DNA from: Salpingoeca rosetta | Lineage: Eukaryota > Protista > Choanoflagellata | NCBI GenBank assembly: GCA_033442325.1 | Contig: JAWQFM010000015.1 | Span: 1,041,982 to 1,049,729, forward strand | Length of the DNA: 7,748 nt | Direction of reading: 5' to 3' | Shown here: positions 1-6,559 of the stretch, one piece after another | Position numbering within the stretch: the stretch's first letter is position 1 | Layout of the letters: the number at the start of each line of letters is the position of its first letter | Position numbers and translations under genes: made by a program | Notes under the pieces: model-generated | What the model was told of the DNA's origin: nothing | The model's database searches: none | What the model saw: the letters and a program-made list of their open reading frames with translations, nothing else

Positions 1-97
1 TTCAACAGAGTCAAGATCCAAGAAACCCCACTGAGCACATCGCCTAATCGTCCGTTTTCACCAAAACACCACCCACCCCACTCTCCCACCATCAGTC

Positions 98-157
98 ATG
101 ATACGAGGTCTGCTGGCGGTCTTTGTGGTGGGAGCGCTGTGTCGCGTGTGCCCAGGG
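98..157 (+). other. Predicted signal peptide
   Basis: Basic n-region (MIR), hydrophobic h-region (GLLAVFVVGAL), small residues at -3/-1 (C-P-G|N). No transmembrane segment later in the protein. Confidence 0.7.
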
Positions 158-1885
158 AACGTGGTGCTGGAGGAGGACGGCGCGGGCGCGTTTCACATCA
201 ACACGAGCGATCCTCACCAGCAGCCAGTGTTTGTGAACGGAATGGATGTGCAACAGATGTACACCAGGCTGCAGGAGCAGCAGAAGCTCATTGAAGTTCA
301 GCAGGACATGCTTGGAGCCCAAAACTTGGCGATTCAAACACTGGGCAACACCCTCCACGTCTTCCGTTCCGCGTCCTGCCCAGCGTCTGCAAGGAGCACC
401 ATTTCCGCTGGTTCTGGAGACTACAAATGGAATGGGGGCGTCTTGGCCCCGAATGGCCACATTTACGCCATCCCTGCCGCTGCCACGGCGATCCTCATCA
501 TCGACCCAAACTCCAACACTGCTGACAGAACCTCAATTACTCACAGTGGTATGGAGGGGCGCTTGCCCACACTGACCTCATTTACTTCTTGCCGAATGGA
601 AAGCGCCCTGTGCTCATTATTGATCCAGCGACCAACACGGTCGACTTGACAACGATCCCAGACGTAGGTGTTGGCGGGTCCTACAATTCTGCACTGCGCT
701 TGGACAACAACCTCATCTACGGCATCCCGAGGAGTGCTCCTGCCGTGCTGATCATTGATCCANNNNNNNNNNNNNNNNNNNNNNNNNNNNNNNNNNNNNN
801 NNNNNNNNNNNNNNNNNNNNNNNNNNNNNNNNNNNNNNNNNNNNNNNNNNNNNNNNNNNNNNNCAGCTCAAAGTCTGTGCTCATCATTGACCCGAAGTTG
901 CGAACTGCAGACACAACAACCATCACAGGCATTTCTGGTGGGCGCAAGTGGCATGGCACCGCCTTGGGCGGCAACGGGTTCATCCACGGCATTCCTTACG
1001 ACTCGCGCTCTGTTCTCATCATCAACCCCAACACAAAGACGATTGACACAACCACCATCAGCGGCATTTCGGGTTACCAGAAATGGCATGGAGCCGTGGC
1101 AGCGAAGAATGGGTTTGTTGTTGGCATCCCTCGCGACTATTACAAGGCGCTGATCATCGATCCCATCACCAACCGAGCCACACGGCACAGCATCAGCGGA
1201 CTCCCTGCCGGCGGTCGACTTGACAACGATCCCAGACGTAGGTGTTGGCGGGTCCTACAATTCTGCACTGCGCTTGGACAACAACCTCATCTACGGCATC
1301 CCGAGGAGTGCTCCTGCCGTGCTGATCATTGATCCAAGCACCAACACTGTTGACACAACGAGCATCGCTGGAATAAGTGGTGGCACGTGGGAAGGGGCGG
1401 CCCAGGCTGGCAACGGGCTCATCTTTTCTGTCCCCTACAGCTCAAAGTCTGTGCTCATCATTGACCCGAAGTTGCGAACTGCAGACACAACAACCATCAC
1501 AGGCATTTCTGGTGGGCGCAAGTGGCATGGCACCGCCCCGGGCGGCAACGGGTTCATCCACGGCATTCCTTACGACTCGCGCTCTGTTCTCATCATCAAC
1601 CCCAACACAAAGACGATTGACACAACCACCATCAGCGGCATTTCGGGTTACCAGAAATGGCATGGAGCCGTGGCAGCGAAGAATGGGTTTGTTGTTGGCA
1701 TCCCTCGCGACTATTACAAGGCGCTGATCATCGATCCCATCACCAACCGAGCCACACGGCACAGCATCAGCGGACTCCCTGCCGGGGACGCCAGATGGTA
1801 CGGAGGTGTGCTTGCAGACAACGGTCTGATTTACGGCATCCCATACCGCGTTGGCACGTGTCTCGTGATGGATCCAGGATGCTAA
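98..1885 (+). CDS. Secreted coiled-coil + 7-bladed beta-propeller repeat protein (Vgb-lyase/NHL-like blades); frame interrupted as assembled (possible pseudogene or assembly error)
   Basis: ATG 98, then signal peptide MIRGLLAVFVVGALCRVCPG, module NVVLEEDGAGAFHINTSDPHQQPVFVNGMDV and heptad-like VQQMYTRLQEQQKLIEVQQDMLGAQNLAIQTL. Seven distinct blades follow: KWNGGVLAPNGHIYAIP..ILIIDP; QWYGGALAHTDLIYFLP..VLIIDP; SYNSALRLDNNLIYGIP; TWEGAAQAGNGLIFSVP; KWHGTA(L/P)GGNGFIHGIP; KWHGAVAAKNGFVVGIP; RWYGGVLADNGLIYGIP..LVMDPGC-TAA (1885). The product is spread over ORFs 98-649, 589-1332 and 1220-1885, with frame changes at ~542 and ~1212. The fold call is inferred from repeat pattern. Confidence 0.75.
638..1785 (+). 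repeat. Direct tandem duplication, 2 x 574 bp (638-1211 and 1212-1785)
   Basis: Constant offset of 574 across both copies. The only visible difference is TT (964-965) vs CC (1538-1539). The junction reads gccgg|cggtcgac. Unit length is 3n+1, so the frame shifts. Confidence 0.95.
763..863. other. Assembly gap (101 N)
   Basis: Run of N; the corresponding segment in copy 2 (1337-1437) is also 101 bp. Confidence 0.95.
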
Positions 1886-1900
1886 AACTGGCGAAGAGGG

Positions 1901-2020
<120 letters not shown>

Positions 2021-2789
2021 GTATTCAGTTGTGTTCCCTCTCCTTGCCTGCTTGAACTCTCATGGTGTGTTGCAAGTGTTTTGGGATGTGGCCGTGTGTT
2101 GCCAACCTTTGTTTACGTTTATGTTGCCCTGCGTTTCGATCGCTGCGCATGTCACTCCCACCCTTATGGTGTCTTGTGTGTTCTGTTGGTCACCTTCACA
2201 TAGTGTGGCTACCAGTGGAATGTTTACCCTCAATGAACAAACTCAAACACACGCACAAACACATAAAGGTGCGCTCCATGCATGGACAGTCCTCGTTTGC
2301 ACATGTGCAAAGGCGCACACCTTCACATGTATGTCATTGCCACCGAAACACTTCGCCGTGTTGCCACGGCACGTCGCGTCCTCGCACGCAACGGATCCAG
2401 GAGAGCAGTGCTTTGCGTGCAATGAGCGTCGTGTCTTCAGCACTTGCAGTCAGTTCGCTTGCATGTACTCTCCAGCATCAAAGCACAGGCTCATGTATCC
2501 CGCAGCAAAAACCGACTGCAACCACGCACGTACTCGTTGCGGTTCGTCTGTCCTGACACGACATCGTTTGTGCATTGCCACGCCGCATGCAGTTGCTGTT
2601 CCTCCACCATTTTGCCAGCGGCTGCAGTGGCCGGTTGATGCGTCCTGTTCTGGATGCGCTCATACACATCACGGTGCACATCACGCACGTGTCGTCGTAC
2701 GCCAGTGAATGGGCGTGCTCTTTGCCACGCTTGCACGTCACAGAATGCAGTGCAATTACAGTGGCTGTGTGCGTTGTTCTCGTGCACAG

Positions 2790-3400
2790 GCACGTCCCCA
2801 CAACCACGCCGCACCACCGCCACGCCGTGTTCACGCAGTAGCCCTCCCGTCCCAGGCGTGCCGCCGCAGGTCGTCTCGTTGCACGGTGGGGCTCTGCCCT
2901 GGTCCAACGTACAACACACACGCACAGTTGATGCCACGCTGTCCAGCACCTCCTCAGATTCAGCAAATTGTGATCCAGGACGGATCAAACGCCATGTGCA
3001 GCCTGTTGCAAAGCGTTGTCACCTGCCAGTCGTTCCACAGCTGCTCGTCCACAAACTCGTGGTGCAGGAAGAACAGCGGATGGTACGACGGATCGTGAGG
3101 CGAATCATGCGGCGAAGGATACGTTGCCGTTCTTCCCGCCTGCCCACAAACAGGTGCACGTTGCCGTGTGGAGCAGCTGCAACGTGTGCGAGGATGCCAC
3201 CAATGCAACGTCCGCGGGTGAAGAGGAGTGAGTGACAGTGCGCTGTGCTGCCGTCTATCGCGGCCACCAACGTTCCACACACTTGCCTGGCGCACAGACA
3301 GCGCGTCAATCGTCCAGTCCCAGCTTCGGATAGCCACGTTGCAGTTGCTGCTCTCCTCCCGCAGCGTCAGCACCAAGGTGCGTGTTGGCCAACAGCCACC
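2790..3400 (-). pseudogene. Degenerate tyrosinase (type-3 copper protein) fragment
   Basis: Minus-strand motifs in canonical order. LREESSNCNVAIRSWDWTID (WDW at 3314-3322) matches the P-Y-W-D-W motif. PHGNVHLFVG (PHGNVH at 3154-3171) gives CuB H-x3-H in a different frame. SPHD..PLFFLHHEFVDEQLWNDWQ (PLFFLHH at 3059-3079) matches the DPxFxxHHxxxDxxW signature. EVLDS/QLCVC near 2915-2955 resembles the post-CuB region. Frameshifts, internal deletions and no clear CuA motif. Boundaries are approximate. Confidence 0.8.
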
Positions 3401-4007
3401 ACATGCTGCTCTGTTCCAGCGTGTGCGTGCAGCATAGATCGTCACGCATGCACGCATCGAACACGATGTGTATGAGCTCGAGAGAGCTGCTGAGTTGAGT
3501 TGGCTGTGGATGGTGGTGTCATTACAAAAGCACTCGCGCTGCAAGAGAGTACTGAGAGTAATGGTCGCAGGAAGGTGCACGCACAGTGAACGTGAGATGG
3601 CTGCACTGCACAGTACAGCTGCGTGCACACATGTCTGAAAGAAAGCATGGTGACAAGAGAAAGGGTAACAAAACATGCTGCGCACTGTTCTCACGTGGTG
3701 GTTGCATCCACTGCCAAGCCAGTGCAGCGCGAAGAAAGGTTGCCGTCCATGATGATGACGATGAAGGAAAGGGAAGTGAGCTGTGGCCTTGCACGGAGTG
3801 CAGAAAAGAGATGTCGCTACACTGCGCAAGTTGCCTTCACGGTTGTTGCTGCTTGCTGCTGTTCTGGGTGTCAGCATGCGTCCTTGTTTGTGTCACTGGC
3901 AGTGGTTATCATCGTTTGGAAGTAAACGATGAGGTGGAAGAAGGTAGCAGCTGCAGCACACATTTGGAATCACGCCGTGGTTCGCTGTCTGTGCGGGTGA
4001 TGATGAT

Positions 4008-4107
4008 NNNNNNNNNNNNNNNNNNNNNNNNNNNNNNNNNNNNNNNNNNNNNNNNNNNNNNNNNNNNNNNNNNNNNNNNNNNNNNNNNNNNNNNNNNNNN
4101 NNNNNNN
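4008..4107. other. Assembly gap (100 N, probably unknown size)
   Basis: Run of exactly 100 N. Confidence 0.95.
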
Positions 4108-4206
4108 CCGCAGTACATGGCGCCAGAGGCACTGACGGGCTACAAGTACAGCTTCGAAGCTGATGCGTTCAGCTTTGGCGTACTGATGTGGGAGGTGGCG
4201 ACACAG
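4108..4206 (+). pseudogene. Protein kinase fragment (subdomains VIII-IX), TKL-like; paralog of the 4774-5747 kinase
   Basis: PQYMAPEALTGYKYSFEADAFSFGVLMWEVATQ; 83/99 nt identical to 5311-5409 by manual alignment. Similarity stops abruptly after 4206, and the 5' side runs into the gap. Confidence 0.8.
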
Positions 4207-4929
4207 GCCGTCTCGACTGTATCGTTCGTTTTGCTTCTTTGTCACAACGTGCCCTCTGCTCTGTTCACGGTCGCACTGCAGCTGCCACTGACTCACACCT
4301 CCACACCACCACATCTCCACCTCTCCACGTCCGTTTCACAACACCAAGGACCGCACGCTGTCCCCCTCCGTGGACACAACATTGAAGCACCTGGAAACAA
4401 CGCTCAAGGAGCATCGCGTGCTGTTTACCACTGGACAGTTGCGTCCACGAAGCACTTCTTCCACCATGATTGATCTGCCATCGATCCAACGCATGATGAA
4501 CGCCTTTGGGTGCAACAGCAACGGTGTTGAAGAGAGAAATAGGAGAAATCAACACCCATCAAAGGCAGCCCATCTCAACCACACACGGCATGCACTGCCG
4601 TCCTCACGAGCGCACAACCGCACCCCTCATGCACACGCGTGCGACGCGCTGATAGCGACGAACAGCGTGCTGGCCAGTGCACCCTGCAAAGCATCACTGA
4701 TGGCTCGTGCGCTGGAGCCTTGGAGCTGACGTCAATGGTGTACTGTTCCTCACGGTTTCTCGCCACGAAGCACGTGGGTGAGGAATTGACGTTGGTGAGC
4801 ACATGACGCGACAGAAGCGTTGAGACAACGACTGTGTGAGACCTGAAGCTGCAACTGCTGCGCGATGTTCTGATGTTGTGAGTGACCTGAGTCGCGTGGC
4901 CTTTATCCACAGCCTCAAACAGATGCATC

Positions 4930-4930
<1 letters not shown>

Positions 4931-4980
<50 letters not shown>

Positions 4981-5060
4981 GCACGTGTTTGTTGCTAGGT
5001 TGCTCACCGTGTGTGTGTGTGTGTGTGTGTAGGCACGTGTTTGTTGCTAGGTTGCTCACC
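4931..5060. repeat. (GT)n tracts plus exact 52-bp tandem duplication (4957-5008 / 5009-5060)
   Basis: (GT)24-aggcacgtgtttgttgctaggttgctcacc-(GT)11-aggcacgtgtttgttgctaggttgctcacc. Confidence 0.9.
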
Positions 5061-5099
5061 CCTTCATCTCCACCCACCCATCCACCATCCACTTTACAG
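4931..5099 (+). other. Spliceosomal intron (phase 2, splits the Arg codon of HRD)
   Basis: CAT CG|gtgtgt...tttacag|G GAC restores H-R-D-L-K. Confidence 0.85.
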
Positions 5100-5530
5100 G
5101 GACTTGAAGCGTGGCAACGTGCTGGTGTCATCGTCCCTTCGCGCCAAGATTACGGACTTTGGGTCCATTCGCCAGTGCTTCACACGTGACAGAAACCAGC
5201 ACCAGCAGCGCACATGTCTCTCTTCCAGCCATGATGATGACCCTCAGTACAGCCAGCAGGCTGGTTTGCAGACGATGCCGAGCATAACGCTGACGGCTGG
5301 TGTGGGCACGCCACTGTGCATGGCGCCGGAGGCATTGGCGGGCGACAAATACAGCTTTGAGGCAGATGTGTTCAGCTTTGGTGTGCTGATGTGGGAGATG
5401 GCGACACGGCGTGTGCCGGATTTGATTGAGCAGGAGAAGGGGAGCGGGTATCGGGGACCGATCCTCGCCACCATCAGCAACCTGATGAAGGATGGGAAGC
5501 GGCTGCGATTTGATGATGGTGAAGAAGATG
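5100..5530 (+). CDS. Open kinase exon (subdomains VIb-X) of the TKL kinase locus
   Basis: Flanked by tttacag| and |gtgagt. Stop-free, with DLKRGN, DFG, MAPE and DVFSFG motifs. With ATG 4923 it could only make a truncated C-lobe peptide. Confidence 0.6.
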
Positions 5531-5643
5531 GTGAGTTGTGTGTGTGTGTATGTGTGTGTGTGCATGTGTGTGTCCTTGGATTGCTTGCTTGCACGTCCTT
5601 CCTCACAACGCACACATACACATACACACCACTCTCTCCTTAG
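5531..5643 (+). other. Spliceosomal intron (phase 1) with complementary GT-rich and CA-rich arms
   Basis: G|gtgagt...ccttag|CC joins kinase subdomains X and XI in frame. Confidence 0.85.
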
Positions 5644-5747
5644 CCATCCCCGAGTGGTTCCAGTCGCTGACGTACAACCGCATGGCGCAGAATCCGCGTG
5701 AGCGTCCATCGTTTGGAGAACTCATGGACCACCACTTTGTTGCTTGA
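5644..5747 (+). CDS. Terminal kinase exon (subdomain XI)
   Basis: ccttag|CC ATC CCC GAG TGG..., encoding IPEWFQSLTYNRMAQNPRERPSFGELMDHHFVA*. Phase 1 matches the donor at 5531. Confidence 0.6.
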
Positions 5748-6204
5748 TTGCACGTGTGTGTGTGTATGCATGCGCACTTGCTTGCTCATTGTGTGTACGT
5801 ATGAGTGAACGTGTCTTCAGCATGCATGTATTGCGGGGTTTGGAACGACGCAAAGTGCAAGCAATAAACCAACACCAACGCAAAGACAACCCATCACAAC
5901 CCATCAACTGCAAGACATGTCACATTTCATTCTGTGATGGTCGGCAACGTTGTTCTGCACGTGCTGTGCTGCATCTCCTTTTTTCAGCGCATGCAGCACA
6001 CCCTGCCACTTCACGTGTAACCACCGCTTGAAAGAAGCGTCGCACATCTATCCCCCTCCTGCTCCTGCTGCGTCAGCCACGCAGCAGCTGCAACTCAATG
6101 TCTGCGCAGTCCGACGTGAGCCCAAACAGCAGGTTCAGCACCATGGAAATGACAAGCGGGACGCGCAGCAGCCAGCACCACCACTGTAGTTGCCGTCAAA
6201 GGTA

Positions 6205-6335
6205 TCCACAGGTCAACGTCCGCCAGCAGCAGCATGTTGTTGAACACGAGCAGCAAGGCCGTTGGCCGACAACGTGTTGTCGTTAAGCAGCAGCAACCGG
6301 AACGACGTCCACCCAGCCAAATTGCTGATGCCGAG
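6205..6335 (-). pseudogene. Leucine-rich repeat remnant
   Basis: GISNLAGWTSFRLLLLNDNTLSANGLAA, then a frameshift to VFNNMLLLADVDL. Resembles the extracellular LRR consensus FxGLxxLxxLxLxxNxLxxLPxxVFxxxxxLxxLDL; about 1.5 repeats only. Confidence 0.4.
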
Positions 6336-6559
6336 GACGAACAGATCAGGAAGTAGGACATGTCGAAGCAGATGGGCCAGGATCATGCCCTGGCTGGAAC
6401 GGGTGCAGATGGTACAGCAGTGGTAAGGAACGTGTGTGCGTGCTGGGAAAGAGTACATGCTGGGAAGGGTGCGCGGTGGGAAGAGCACGTACCACGCACC
6501 ACAAACACCAACACCACATTCGTCGCTTCATAGCAGCCGTGACTGCCGCACCTCCTGCA

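Larger units (their letters stand above)
4774..5747 (+). pseudogene. TKL-group (tyrosine-kinase-like) protein kinase, C-lobe only; 5'-truncated and disrupted
   Basis: Three exons: ~4774-4930, 5100-5530, 5644-5747. Exon 1 reads EELTLVST*RDRSVETTTV*DLKLQLLRDV, then shifts frame to VAFIHSLKQMHR (TGA at 4804 and 4837, shift at ~4870-4895). Spliced continuation: HR|DLKRGNVLVSSSLRAKITDFG...GVGTPLCMAPE...ADVFSFGVLMWEMAT...|AIPEWFQSLTYNRMAQNPRERPSF...FVA-TGA. No GxGxxG or VAVK N-lobe motifs found upstream. Confidence 0.85.

Noticed and set aside
717-1762. Duplicated minus-strand ORFs (868-1188, 1442-1762, 717-992) and alternate-frame plus ORFs
   Set aside because: Shadows of the propeller gene, repeated only because of the 574-bp duplication.
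420-1880. Periodic ~130-bp repeats (atcattgatcc-like) as a CRISPR array
   Set aside because: These are degenerate in-frame protein repeats in a eukaryotic context, with no identical direct repeats, unique spacers or cas genes.
2960-3877. 305-aa minus-strand ORF as an intact gene
   Set aside because: Only short stretches carry tyrosinase motifs, the CuB H-x3-H is in another frame, and the N-terminal half looks non-coding.
3586-4473. 295-aa ORF as a full kinase
   Set aside because: It reads through a 100-N gap of unknown size, and only 33 codons are kinase-like.
5011-5643. 210-aa ORF as a single-exon kinase
   Set aside because: Both ends are translated intron (CVCV runs); the real exon is 5100-5530.
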